64,000 nucleotides of DNA from a virus (IMGVR_UViG_3300021256_000057:64001-128000), one strand, 5' to 3'; positions 40,354-50,131 are shown, numbered from the stretch's first letter. The notes: generated by a model from the sequence alone, not told the origin. Numbers and translations are program-made.

Positions 40354-42414
40354 TTAGAATTGAATCTTAAGCACCCTTTCAGTAGCGCCGATCACCTTTA
40401 CAACAAGCTCTGCCCTCTTATCGGTAGCAAAGCCAAGTCCAGACAACTGATCATCTGTGTCAGCTACACGCATCTTGTTACTGATAGCCTGCATCACACG
40501 ACGATTCTCATTCAGCTCCTGCACAAGATACTCGTTGAAGATACCGGAGGGATTCTCATCGTTCACACAGCCATCGAGCATGAAGAACACATGCTGATGA
40601 CCTACGTTCTTCTCCGCGGTAGACCAGTGGTTAGGAGAGTACATGATGCTTGTAACAGGTACAAACTTGTTGGTGTCGATAGACCACTTTGTCTTGCTGG
40701 CAACCCTTGTGTTATCAATTGCAGGGATGATCGAGAAGTTACCAGACTCATCAAGGAGAACATCTGCAACTACAACATCTTCATGGTATCTCATAGAATG
40801 CGGATAGTCGAAACTGTAGATCTCACCATCCATCTCGATCTCTGCGCGAAATCCATGCATTACAGATCCGCTAAACTGATTTACATAGAAGCTGTACACG
40901 CCAGGTGTCATTCGAGACTTGTTAGGCCATGTAATATTCTCTACGGCTGTCTTATCGACACCGCGAACATCAGATCTGGGATCGATAATGTCAACATCGA
41001 GATTTCCACCTGTCTTATAATCCTCCTTAGCGCCAAAGTAGATCTCAGCGCCATCAGGTGTACGAGCATGTGCATCAAGGTCATAGCTATCGTCCTGACT
41101 CTCGTTCCACTTGATAGAGAAGCGCAGAGCACCCTCTACATTACCACCGAACGACTTTACCTTTTCCTTGAAACTGTCGGTAACGTTGCCTGTGTACGCC
41201 CAGGAGAAGTTATTGCCCCACTTAAACATAGACTTGCTATCCTTGTTTACAGGAGCGATAAGAGATACAAAGTTACCAGAGTGCTTATTCTCGACATACG
41301 CTTCGATTCTTGTTGCAGTAGGGACGATGTCCTTGATGAACTTTTCAATAGAGACTGTTTCCACTCTATCAAACTTTTTGGGTTTGGTAGTAACATCCTT
41401 TGCAAGTGCATCAAAGATGGTTTCAGCTCCTTTGATCCGGTGTGCAGCAGAGCGGTCTGTAAAGAGGATGTCATTCACAGTGATGTCATCCAGAGTAGAA
41501 AACCGCCTAGGCAGAGAGTCCATATAGCCCATGTCAGTGATCTTCTTCTCAGCATCCTTTCGCATCCGCTCTGTGAAGATAGGCTTAGGATGCTTGTATA
41601 CCGTAGGATCTGTGATAGCTTCGTAATTCCTTACTGCATCCTCAAGATCCCTGCCGTTGCTGATGTCAATAAGAAGTACGCCGATCGAATGATTCTTGAT
41701 ACGGACAACTGGTGTATTAGCCAGCTTCGTGGAAGTGTACCATGCGTACAGATCTTTATGCCGTGAATCGAAGTTATCATACTCTGTTCTACACCACCAG
41801 AGCCTCTCAAGTGCCTTTTTCCACTCATTACCTCTATAGATAGAGTTGTCAGCGATCAGCTCCAAAACGGTATCGATCGCATCGATGCTGATCTCCTCTA
41901 GAGATCGCTTGAATACTTCCTTGGACGTTCTGAGTTCATTCAGTTTTGTGTTCTTCTCATCCGATCTTACGACATGCTTGCCAGCTAGGTCAATGAAGAA
42001 ATGATCGAATCTGAAATGGCTTACCTTTTCCAGAATCTCGAAGTTATGATGGCATCCGATCTTACTGAATGATGACAGGAATACATCACGAACATCATGC
42101 CTATGGACGAACTCAGACATTGCCTTGATAACAGGTCCATAGGTTTCATCATCGATATCGAAGTCCCAAATGGATACCATTTCACTTCCGATGATAGCTA
42201 CAACAGCTCCGATGTTCTTGATGAAGCCGCGGCAGCAAGAGCAGTCATGCTCTGTTCTTGTACGGAAGATCTTGTTTGTACCCTTTGGGAACGAACTGAG
42301 ATAGGTGTTCCACATCTCATCCTTGTTGACACCCACCTCAAAGAGGTAGTTTTGGTCGCGCATGACCTCATCAAAGTGCTTGATGAGCATGTCCCTCATT
42401 TCTGTAAACAGCAT
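40354..42414 (-). CDS. conserved large phage protein with YfaP/DUF2135-like domain
   Basis: HDCSCCR, DLDAH, LDVDI, AVENITW. Confidence 0.75.
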   Translation of the reverse strand: MLFTEMRDMLIKHFDEVMRDQNYLFEVGVNKDEMWNTYLSSFPKGTNKIFRTRTEHDCSCCRGFIKNIGAVVAIIGSEMVSIWDFDIDDETYGPVIKAMSEFVHRHDVRDVFLSSFSKIGCHHNFEILEKVSHFRFDHFFIDLAGKHVVRSDEKNTKLNELRTSKEVFKRSLEEISIDAIDTVLELIADNSIYRGNEWKKALERLWWCRTEYDNFDSRHKDLYAWYTSTKLANTPVVRIKNHSIGVLLIDISNGRDLEDAVRNYEAITDPTVYKHPKPIFTERMRKDAEKKITDMGYMDSLPRRFSTLDDITVNDILFTDRSAAHRIKGAETIFDALAKDVTTKPKKFDRVETVSIEKFIKDIVPTATRIEAYVENKHSGNFVSLIAPVNKDSKSMFKWGNNFSWAYTGNVTDSFKEKVKSFGGNVEGALRFSIKWNESQDDSYDLDAHARTPDGAEIYFGAKEDYKTGGNLDVDIIDPRSDVRGVDKTAVENITWPNKSRMTPGVYSFYVNQFSGSVMHGFRAEIEMDGEIYSFDYPHSMRYHEDVVVADVLLDESGNFSIIPAIDNTRVASKTKWSIDTNKFVPVTSIMYSPNHWSTAEKNVGHQHVFFMLDGCVNDENPSGIFNEYLVQELNENRRVMQAISNKMRVADTDDQLSGLGFATDKRAELVVKVIGATERVLKIQF

Positions 42415-42429
42415 TGAATTAGCCCTCCA

Positions 42430-42621
42430 TTATAGTTTTTTCGCATATTTGATTGTGATAGTATTAACTGACTTTAAATACGAAACTGTCACCTCGTAAC
42501 CATTGCTGATCAACATATGGACGATGTCTTGATAGCCTTTTTCGTATTCGATCCTCATAACCCCTTGATCTTTTTCCATTGTTTCACCTCCTATCATTTG
42601 ATCATGTTCTTTATGATGCAC
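42430..42621 (-). CDS. small hypothetical protein
   Basis: Probable start 42579 after AGGAGGTGA. Confidence 0.55.
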   Translation of the reverse strand: MHHKEHDQMIGGETMEKDQGVMRIEYEKGYQDIVHMLISNGYEVTVSYLKSVNTITIKYAKKL

Positions 42622-43547
42622 ATCACAGTCCTTGAACAGATCTTACTGAAATTATCTACATTGTCTACAGTCTCCGGCTCTTCCTTGATGCAGTCATCGT
42701 ATACGAGCTTTGGAGCTGTTTTAGCAATAATTCCAAGGTCGTGTTCGTCCCATTCTTCACGGAGCTGCCCTGCATCTATCATCTTCTCGATGATCTTTGA
42801 TACTCTCCGCTCAGTAATGATCGTAGCGGCCAGCTCCTTATCTGCTTGCTCCTTTGCAGCTACATCAGGATCCTTTGGTGCTTTGGACTTGTGTGCCTTT
42901 GTCTCTGCAAACTCATCCGTTACGATTTTAACGTAGATAGGTCTATCACTGTTAGTAGGTAGTCCAAGTCTATCTTGAGACTTGATGACAATGCCCTCAC
43001 CAGTAGGCTCTGCATCAAGATGTGTTACACCACAAAAGCGGCTTACATCATCCCATCCAGTAAACTTACAAACATCAAGAACTGGTACAAAGTTGATGTG
43101 TGTGCAACCGCATACTCTTTGCAGTGCCTTGTACATAGCATTTGCATCCTCGATAGAGATGTACTGTTCTGTATCACAGTCCCATACATCAAACATGTAG
43201 AACTTATAGTATCTGTTATCTGGATACTTGATCGTATGCGGTGCGAGCCACTCACCAAATATGATATATCTTCCATACTCTGTGATCTCATTCAGACGTG
43301 TAGCAGGGATCTGCTGTGCCCACTCGTAGAAGCCGCGAAGAGGTTTATCTTCGGATAGCTCCGTGTTTCGGGAAAACGCCTTTACAATGCAGTTACCATC
43401 ATCATCTACATTGGTAGTAAACGATGCGTTAGCCCCATCGACCTTTTCCTCGATGACGATATTCTCACCGATTGCAAATGCATCTTTGTACTTATCCTTG
43501 AGACGTTCGATGTCCATATACTTCTTCATTTGTGTTACCTCACTCAA
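42594..43547 (-). CDS. ATP-dependent RNA ligase (Rnl2-like)
   Basis: EEKVDGAN (motif I), IFGEW, FYMFDV, EGIVIK, YVKIV. Confidence 0.85.
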   Translation of the reverse strand: MSEVTQMKKYMDIERLKDKYKDAFAIGENIVIEEKVDGANASFTTNVDDDGNCIVKAFSRNTELSEDKPLRGFYEWAQQIPATRLNEITEYGRYIIFGEWLAPHTIKYPDNRYYKFYMFDVWDCDTEQYISIEDANAMYKALQRVCGCTHINFVPVLDVCKFTGWDDVSRFCGVTHLDAEPTGEGIVIKSQDRLGLPTNSDRPIYVKIVTDEFAETKAHKSKAPKDPDVAAKEQADKELAATIITERRVSKIIEKMIDAGQLREEWDEHDLGIIAKTAPKLVYDDCIKEEPETVDNVDNFSKICSRTVMCIIKNMIK

Positions 43548-44268
43548 AAGTTATTCTGCTCTCGATGTAGTCTCTATCCTGCGTAAATATCGGTGTTTCG
43601 TAGTCGATCGACCATCCAAAATCCGACTTAACACAGCAGGCGCCTCTCTTTTGATAGTTGGAGAAGTCCATTCCCCAATTGATGCCTTTCTCTTGGAACA
43701 ACTTCTCTTGGATCTCATCCATGTTAAGACCGTGCATCTCTTTCTCAGAGAAGTTAGCGTGTCCCACGGACTGGATAGAGTTTCTGGTTGCATCCTGCTG
43801 TCTCCAGATAAGATAGTTTGTAACCTCGTCCCTTGGTAGCGTAAATGCTCTTGCATCAAATGTAGCACCAAGTGCAATAGCTTCTTTGTATGGAGTTGTA
43901 TCTGAAAATACTTCGCTGGAAAACGCTCGGTTGAATGCTAATGTAGCCATACTCGCAGATACGCTCACGAGCTTTTGGAGTTCGTTTCCAAACCAAGGCT
44001 GCCTATCAATAGTCTGATAGTCACACAGTACAAAAGAAATCTCGTCAGACTGAGTGTAGCCAAGTACACACCCAGAGATGTTCTTACACAGATACTGCAT
44101 GGTACTTGTCATGCTTCTCTCGATAGTTACATCAAACGGCTTATCCATGTGTCTTGTGAACGTGTGGAACGCTCTTCCATCGATTCGGATGATAACAGGG
44201 GATCTACGCATCAGACTGATCTTGCTGCATTCCTCATACTGCTTCATTCGTTCTCCAAGTGTACTCAT
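43540..44268 (-). CDS. thg1: tRNA(His) guanylyltransferase Thg1 / Thg1-like 3'-5' polymerase
   Basis: IRIDGRAFHTFT, YTQSDEIS, FDARAF, WRQQDATRNS. Confidence 0.93.
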   Translation of the reverse strand: MSTLGERMKQYEECSKISLMRRSPVIIRIDGRAFHTFTRHMDKPFDVTIERSMTSTMQYLCKNISGCVLGYTQSDEISFVLCDYQTIDRQPWFGNELQKLVSVSASMATLAFNRAFSSEVFSDTTPYKEAIALGATFDARAFTLPRDEVTNYLIWRQQDATRNSIQSVGHANFSEKEMHGLNMDEIQEKLFQEKGINWGMDFSNYQKRGACCVKSDFGWSIDYETPIFTQDRDYIESRITFE

Positions 44269-44283
44269 AATATCACATCCTTT

Positions 44284-44562
44284 CTACACAGAAACTTCAC
44301 GCCGACCAGCGGAGAACTCACCGATAAGATCATCCGACCGTACCCATGCAGGCTCAAACTTACCTACGCAAGAGAAGCAGAGCGGACCGGTGTAGATCTT
44401 TACGATGTCATACTCTCGTGCGCACTCATTTTTGAGAGCATCATTGTACTCCGATACCGCCCAGCATCCGCCGGACTGACCTACGAGCATACCCTTGACG
44501 ATGACACACAAGGTCTTGTCACGGAGCTGTACGAAACGTCCATCTTTCAACAAATCTTTCAT
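44284..44562 (-). CDS. hypothetical protein
   Basis: LKDG..VQLR..YDIVKIY phage motif. Confidence 0.7.
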   Translation of the reverse strand: MKDLLKDGRFVQLRDKTLCVIVKGMLVGQSGGCWAVSEYNDALKNECAREYDIVKIYTGPLCFSCVGKFEPAWVRSDDLIGEFSAGRREVSV

Positions 44563-44642
44563 ATAATACCTCCATTTTGATATCTGTTGTATGATCGACC
44601 ATGTGATCGCTCACATACTATAACGAGTTCACATCATATGAT

Positions 44643-44930
44643 TCAGCCTACTCTATCCGCAGCACATACATTCTGTATGTACCTGTGATCGCGCTCATAG
44701 GTCTCTGTGAAATAGGCCAGTTCCTTCTCACGAAGTTCATCACGCTCGTGCTTGTAGAACTCGGTAGCAAACTTGTGTCTCTGGTAGTTACGCTCACCGA
44801 TGTAAGTCAGGACTGCACACAGCAAGCTGATGATGATGAACAGAACGTTATCAAATCCGGTCGCAGCGAATATGATAGAGTTTACGATGCTGATGATGAC
44901 GGTCAGCCGGTGCCACATAAAATGTTTCAT
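44643..44930 (-). CDS. small membrane protein
   Basis: Two hydrophobic segments at the N-terminus. Confidence 0.6.
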   Translation of the reverse strand: MKHFMWHRLTVIISIVNSIIFAATGFDNVLFIIISLLCAVLTYIGERNYQRHKFATEFYKHERDELREKELAYFTETYERDHRYIQNVCAADRVG

Positions 44931-45592
44931 TTCGATACTTTCCTTTCTCTTGGTGGTGTTGTCAAAGCATCACTGAGATCCCACCCTCTCTCAATGCGCT
45001 TGCAGAACAATGTATTGGAGATGTTATAAGCTGCACACATCTCTGATTGGCTATCATAATGATTTCCAAAATGGTCTGTCGCTGGCTTTGTTAATGGTCT
45101 TGTCTCTTTTGTTAAGGCGTCCGCCTTTGACCAGTTCAACTTAATACGGCATGCATATTGCACTGGTTTTACACCGTAATGATCACACATAGACTTAATT
45201 GATGGGAACTGATTTCCTAAATGATCTTGTGTTGGTGTCCCCTTATGCCCCCGGTGTTTCTTGTATGTTCGCTTCCTGAAATGCCATTTTTCTGCGCTAA
45301 ATGCTTCTTCAATGGTAGCGCCTTGTTTTAGACGATATACCACTGTACCACGATTGATGCCGAGATTATTGCAAGCATCAGTGATAGATGCATATACACA
45401 TCCATTGACTGTTACTAGATCTGATACGCATGGTTTTCTTCTATACGATGCATGTCTAATGCATCGTTCTACTGCGGCATCTACAGAGTATCCATCCTTT
45501 AGTTGTCGAAGGAATAAATAGTATTTGATGCCATATTCTTGACACAGCTCCATTGCGGAGGCATATGTCTTATCATTATATGTGATCTTCAT
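44927..45592 (-). CDS. tandem small HTH (NUMOD-like) DNA-binding repeat protein
   Basis: Four repeats G..Y.S...MC..YG.......R...GW....AL. Confidence 0.7.
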   Translation of the reverse strand: MKITYNDKTYASAMELCQEYGIKYYLFLRQLKDGYSVDAAVERCIRHASYRRKPCVSDLVTVNGCVYASITDACNNLGINRGTVVYRLKQGATIEEAFSAEKWHFRKRTYKKHRGHKGTPTQDHLGNQFPSIKSMCDHYGVKPVQYACRIKLNWSKADALTKETRPLTKPATDHFGNHYDSQSEMCAAYNISNTLFCKRIERGWDLSDALTTPPRERKVSK

Positions 45593-46041
45593 GCAGTTTC
45601 CTCCCCTAGTGACAACATCAGTCTTGCACCATAGGTAGGATACTCAGGATCCAGACCGCCCACGATGCGAAACCTCGATAGTTCAACGTTCATACCTTTG
45701 TCGAGGAGGGTGGCTACTACTGCTGCCACTTTTGCAGGCAGATAACCGATCTTAGCACGATACTTGCTATGTACTACTGCGTATACAGCTACCGCATTAG
45801 AATCGTACTCGTTGGACTTCTCACGGCAGAGCTGAACTGCCACATCAGGATAGCATACAGCTACCTTATGCAGGACACGCTGACGGTTCTCGAACGTAAC
45901 ACCAGCGACCCTAGTCTCGATGTTATCGGCCTTGATAAGTCTCCATGCGGTACGCATCGCATTGCTCTGCACATATCCGCACTTGTGAAACAGATAGTTC
46001 GCGATCATCATGACCTTTCTGCGCATCTCCTTAGTGATCAT
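45589..46041 (-). CDS. HIRAN domain protein
   Basis: VAGVTF, RE..NEYDSNAVAV, IGYLP. Confidence 0.85.
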   Translation of the reverse strand: MITKEMRRKVMMIANYLFHKCGYVQSNAMRTAWRLIKADNIETRVAGVTFENRQRVLHKVAVCYPDVAVQLCREKSNEYDSNAVAVYAVVHSKYRAKIGYLPAKVAAVVATLLDKGMNVELSRFRIVGGLDPEYPTYGARLMLSLGEETA

Positions 46042-46089
46042 GTTTTCTCCTCCTCTCAGAATATATAACGAGTGACGGTATTAAAATTC

Positions 46090-46242
46090 AAATTTGGTAT
46101 TTGACTTGTGTTTCTTGGTTATCTCCATCCTTCTTCTACAGTATACCACACATCAAATCATTTGTCAATGTCTGCAAACACATTTGACTATGTTATCTGG
46201 CAAAATCGTAACTTTGCACAAAACATATCAAATGATATTGTT
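46090..46242 (-). repeat. diverged promoter/leader repeat, copy 1 (copy 2 at 51757..51908)
   Basis: Shared ATTTGGTATTTGACTTGT..TTGGTTATCT, TCATTTGTCAATG, TTTGCACAA, ATCAAATGATATT; contains TTGACA-17-TATACT at 46140-46168. Confidence 0.8.
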
Positions 46243-46316
46243 TATATTGCCAAAAACAACTCAAATGCTTGCATCTATTGAATAATTCTGATATAATAAT
46301 AGGAGGAGGTGGTCAT

Positions 46317-46613
46317 ATGGCAATCACAGAATTGTTGAAAACACTTAGGGTAAAAAAGGGATACACGATGAAGCAGGTCGCAGAGCTGTGTGGTATGCAT
46401 GAACAGGTATATCGCAACTATGAAAATGGTGCTCGAAACCCAGGTGTTCCGGCTCTCTGCAAATTTGCAGATTTGTATGGTGTAACAGTAGACTTCTTGC
46501 TGGGTCGTGAGAGTAAGGATGCAGATGTGTCTAATGACAAGTATGTCAATCTACCAGATGAGGTCAAGTGCATCATAGATGCGATAGTGGATTATGCAAA
46601 TAACAAATCATAA
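46317..46613 (+). CDS. XRE-family transcriptional regulator
   Basis: LKTLR..KGYT..QVA..YENG.RNP..AD.YGVTVDFLLGR; ATG at 46317 after AGGAGGAGGT. Confidence 0.9.
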   Translation: MAITELLKTLRVKKGYTMKQVAELCGMHEQVYRNYENGARNPGVPALCKFADLYGVTVDFLLGRESKDADVSNDKYVNLPDEVKCIIDAIVDYANNKS

Positions 46614-46841
46614 GGACAGCTCCGATGTAGATCTGCACGAGCAGCTTGTTCGGACGGTAGCTGGTACACTAGCTATCGAGGGCATCGAGCTGAGTGAGAA
46701 CAGCAAGCGTAACCTAGAGAGATACGCAAACGGTGAAGCCGATGCACAGCAACTGCTTGAAATGGGGTCAACCGCAATCCCACCGGATTTAGACGGTGGG
46801 TTAAGGTTGACAAATGGTATCAAAAATGATATACTGTAATT

Positions 46842-47246
46842 ATGAATAAATGGAAATAAAAAAACAGACATAAATATTTGTTGCAGTATCATGTGATATT
46901 TGTTTGTAAATACAGAAAGAAATTACTTTCAGCAAAAGAAATTTCAGATGATATAAAGCGATTGTCTTGCGAAATATGTCAAAAACATAATATAACTATC
47001 AAATATATGTGGACAGATAAAGACCATATACATTACATGATAGAAACAGAACCAACAATTTCGATAAGTAAATCTGTAAATTTAATGAAAAGTTATACAA
47101 CGTATCACATTTGGCAAAATCATAGTTATTATCTGTCAAAACATTTTTGGAAAGAACGTACATTTTGGACTGACGGATATTTTGTTTGCAGCGTTGGAAA
47201 TGTATCGGAGAAAATACTCAAATAGTATGTAGAAAATCAAGGATAA
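46842..47246 (+). pseudogene. tnpA: IS200-like TnpA with two nonsense codons
   Basis: DHIH (HUH) present; TAA at 46857 and TAG at 47223 just before catalytic YVENQ. Confidence 0.88.
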
Positions 47247-47261
47247 GGGGGTGGGCAGTAA

Positions 47262-48359
47262 ATGTTAAAAGCATACAAATACAGAATATATCCAAATAAA
47301 GAACAGATGATGCAGATTATAAAGACATTTGGCTGCTGCCGATTTGTATATAATCAAATTCTGGCCTATCGAAAAAATCAATACGAAACAGAAAAGAAGA
47401 GCATGAGTAAAACTGCCTGTAACAATTACTGCAATCAAGTATTAAAAGCACAGTATGAGTGGCTGAAAGATGTGGATAAATTTGCCTTGACAAATGCGAT
47501 TTACGATATGGATACAGCTTATCAAAAATTTTTCAGAGAGCACACAGGTTATCCAAGATTCAAAAGCAGACACAATAAAAGAAAGTCATATACAACAAAT
47601 TTTACAAATAATAATATAGAAGTATTTGATAACAGCGTAAAGCTGCCGTATCTGAAAAATGTAAAAGCAAAAATACACCGAAAGTTTTCAGGTCAAATAA
47701 AATCTGCAACGATTTCACAAACACCAAGCGGAAAGTATTTTGTATCTGTTCTTGTAGAAACTGAACATAATGCACTTGCACATACTGATAAGAACATCGG
47801 AATTGATTTAGGAATAAAAGATTTGTGCATTACTTCCGACGGCAAAAAATATGAAAATCCTAAAACTTTGCGTAAATATGAGAAAAGGCTTGTAAAAGAA
47901 CAGCGGAAACTTGCACACAAGAAAAAATTAAGCAAGAACAGAGAAAAACAAAGAATCAGAGTGGCAAGACTTCACGAAAAAATAACAAATATCAGAAAAG
48001 ATTATCTGCATAAAATTTCTCATGAGATTATTAGCGAAAACAAAGTGATAGTTTCTGAAAATTTGCAGATAAGCAATATGATAAAAAATCATCATCTTGC
48101 AAAAAGCATAGCAGATGCATCATGGTATGAACTTACAAGGCAACTGGAATACAAGGCTTTATGGAACAACAGACAGTATGTAAAAGTTGATACGTTTTAT
48201 GCAAGCAGTCAGTTATGTTCCTGTTGCGGCTATCAGAATCCCAAAACCAAGGATTCATCTGTAAGAAATTGGATATGTCCAAACTGTGGAGAAAATCATG
48301 ACAGAGATATCAATGCTGCTAAAAATATACTTTCAGAAGGATTAAGGCTGTTAGCCTAA
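47262..48359 (+). CDS. tnpB: RNA-guided endonuclease TnpB
   Basis: [37 protein letters not shown]. Confidence 0.95.
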   Translation: MLKAYKYRIYPNKEQMMQIIKTFGCCRFVYNQILAYRKNQYETEKKSMSKTACNNYCNQVLKAQYEWLKDVDKFALTNAIYDMDTAYQKFFREHTGYPRFKSRHNKRKSYTTNFTNNNIEVFDNSVKLPYLKNVKAKIHRKFSGQIKSATISQTPSGKYFVSVLVETEHNALAHTDKNIGIDLGIKDLCITSDGKKYENPKTLRKYEKRLVKEQRKLAHKKKLSKNREKQRIRVARLHEKITNIRKDYLHKISHEIISENKVIVSENLQISNMIKNHHLAKSIADASWYELTRQLEYKALWNNRQYVKVDTFYASSQLCSCCGYQNPKTKDSSVRNWICPNCGENHDRDINAAKNILSEGLRLLA

Positions 48360-48488
48360 AATAGTACGATATAGGGCAGGGACTGTCCGAATTTACGCCT
48401 GTGGAGTTAGTAGGTTACGAGGACTATGAAACAGGAAGCCCATTGGCTTTAGACAATGGGTAGTTCACGAGATCAAGAACCGATACAA
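48330..48488 (+). ncRNA. predicted TnpB omegaRNA; guide about GAGATCAAGAACCGATACAA
   Basis: Inferred from the right-end position; boundaries approximate. Confidence 0.55.
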
Positions 48489-48533
48489 ACAATAACAAAA
48501 CGGAGCTGCACGACATGTACAGCTCCGATTTCT

Positions 48534-49547
48534 TTATTTTACTTTGTGGCTTGTAACATCGATCTCACCAGCAGCTCCATTTACGAAGCACTCCGATACC
48601 CATTTCACAACAAGTTCTTTGCTATCTCTCTTACCTACCCAGTACCGATGCCAATGTGCTCGGCGTAGATGCGGTCTAACTGTGCCGGTAGATTCTGTAT
48701 GGTCTCTAGATGCACCGAGACTTCCCTTTGTCCACTTACGGAATGCAGCTCCAAATCGTTCGCCTACATGATACTCTCTACCAGGTTTATTAGCTGGATC
48801 ACGATGCTTTTGTCTCTTGTAGCTTGCGTTCAGTGCTTTTGAAGTTGTAGTCTCACGGATGTCAGGAGCATATGAACACATGTATTCAAGAGTGTGCAGC
48901 AAAAGACTCCATAGTTTCTCGCGAACTTCAAAGAGATCAGGATCATCTACTCTGCTGATCTTCAATTGGCTCTCTACAAATTCTTCTGCTGTGCAGTCAA
49001 TGTCTTCATCTTTCAGGAATAGTACATGTGACGCACACATATATTCTTTGTCGAACATGTTGTGAAAAGATGCTCTGATCATCCAATAATTCCCGTACTG
49101 CTTGACGTTTACGATTCCACCTGCTACATTTGTTTTGTCGACCGCATATTGACAGTTTGCATAATCAATAGCGAATGTATCGACTGGAAGTCTTGATAGC
49201 ATGCCTTTAAGCATATTGATGTTCTGAGTGTCCATCAGTTCTTTTGTGAAATCGGAATCAAAAACGTAGATCTGCTTCTTCCTTTCCCACTGTGTATTCA
49301 GGAAATACTGATTCAGAGCACGGAACATCTGGTCGTAGCCATTCCTATCACAGTTCTTGTATACAAGATTCAGGAATCCAGTATGGTCGTGGCCATCTGC
49401 GATAGGGATTCCATTTGCCATAGCATAATAAATGTAAATAGCATCTTCCATCTCAACAGATGGTGTGGTTTTCAATATGTGGTCTGTAGCTTCAAACTTA
49501 TTCTTGAACTCTCGTATGCTGGCTCTCAGATCAAACATAGACGACAT
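48534..49547 (-). CDS. AcrVA2/FinQ-like protein (paralog of 37597..38514)
   Basis: WERKKQIYVFD, LEYMCS..PDI, VG.RFG.A, RPHLRRAHWHRYWVG..VKW. Confidence 0.65.
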   Translation of the reverse strand: MSSMFDLRASIREFKNKFEATDHILKTTPSVEMEDAIYIYYAMANGIPIADGHDHTGFLNLVYKNCDRNGYDQMFRALNQYFLNTQWERKKQIYVFDSDFTKELMDTQNINMLKGMLSRLPVDTFAIDYANCQYAVDKTNVAGGIVNVKQYGNYWMIRASFHNMFDKEYMCASHVLFLKDEDIDCTAEEFVESQLKISRVDDPDLFEVREKLWSLLLHTLEYMCSYAPDIRETTTSKALNASYKRQKHRDPANKPGREYHVGERFGAAFRKWTKGSLGASRDHTESTGTVRPHLRRAHWHRYWVGKRDSKELVVKWVSECFVNGAAGEIDVTSHKVK

Positions 49548-49557
49548 CCCCCATCCG

Positions 49558-50064
49558 TTACAATCTCATTGTGTCATCTGTATCATTGCATCTCTGCATC
49601 TGATTCATCAGCACTGGTATCCACTTGTTACCTAGGTTTTCATCTCGAATCACTTGTATGCTGTTGAGGCATGTCGATTTTAGATGAATCATGTCAATGA
49701 TGTCTTTTGCGTATCGTTCGTTATCAAGGACTAAATAGTATACTGTTAAGAACAAAAGAAGCTCGTCCTGATCCTCTACATTCAAAGAACAGAATCGAAT
49801 AGATGACAGAATCGCATCTTTCGGAGATTTGAGTTCATTCGTAGTGATAACCATGTATTCTCTCAATGCGTCCAATCGGCTATTCAACGGTTCAATGAAT
49901 GTAGATGGGTGGTGTCCCTGTATCATAATCATTACATACAGTACATTAGTATTATTGTATAAGAAATTGCTGCGCATACATTTGTTTAATACTCGAAGTC
50001 TATACCTAGCACTTAGGCCTCTAGGATATATCAGATATTCATTCAATTTCCTCACCTCTACCAA
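49558..50064 (-). CDS. hypothetical protein ending TMRL
   Basis: ORF; start uncertain. Confidence 0.55.
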   Translation of the reverse strand: MVEVRKLNEYLIYPRGLSARYRLRVLNKCMRSNFLYNNTNVLYVMIMIQGHHPSTFIEPLNSRLDALREYMVITTNELKSPKDAILSSIRFCSLNVEDQDELLLFLTVYYLVLDNERYAKDIIDMIHLKSTCLNSIQVIRDENLGNKWIPVLMNQMQRCNDTDDTMRL

Positions 50065-50131
50065 CTATAACGAGTAATTATGACATGATTGGAGCTGCCC
50101 TATATTCCGGACAGCTCCAATTGTTTCTACA

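Larger units (their letters stand above)
46762..48468 (+). mobile_element. full-length IS200/IS605-family element (tnpA pseudogene + tnpB) inserted 3' of TTGAA
   Basis: Left-end hairpin CCCACCG..CGGTGGG, right-end hairpin CCCATTG..CAATGGG-TAGTTCAC; AT-rich; in-frame rejoining of the target gene. Confidence 0.92.
46594..48495 (+). pseudogene. VbhA-like (Fic antitoxin) gene split by IS605 (46594..46761 + 48469..48495)
   Basis: GTLAIEG..RYANGE motif; removing the IS restores QQLLE-EIKNRYKQ*. Confidence 0.7.

Noticed and set aside
40360-41766. 468-aa plus-strand ORF
   Set aside because: Antisense shadow of the 686-aa gene; no SD or recognisable motifs
44643-44930. Holin
   Set aside because: Hydrophobic but far from the endolysin and in an early-type operon; insufficient support
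44927-45592. Homing endonuclease
   Set aside because: Only DNA-binding-type repeats; no HNH or GIY-YIG motif seen
46594-46839. 81-aa ORF as an intact gene
   Set aside because: The last 25 aa are read from the IS left end; the native end is at 48469..48495
46842-47246. Stop-codon reassignment as an explanation for in-frame stops in tnpA
   Set aside because: Both TAA and TAG occur, and phage genes are intact under code 11 with TAA, TGA and TAG stops
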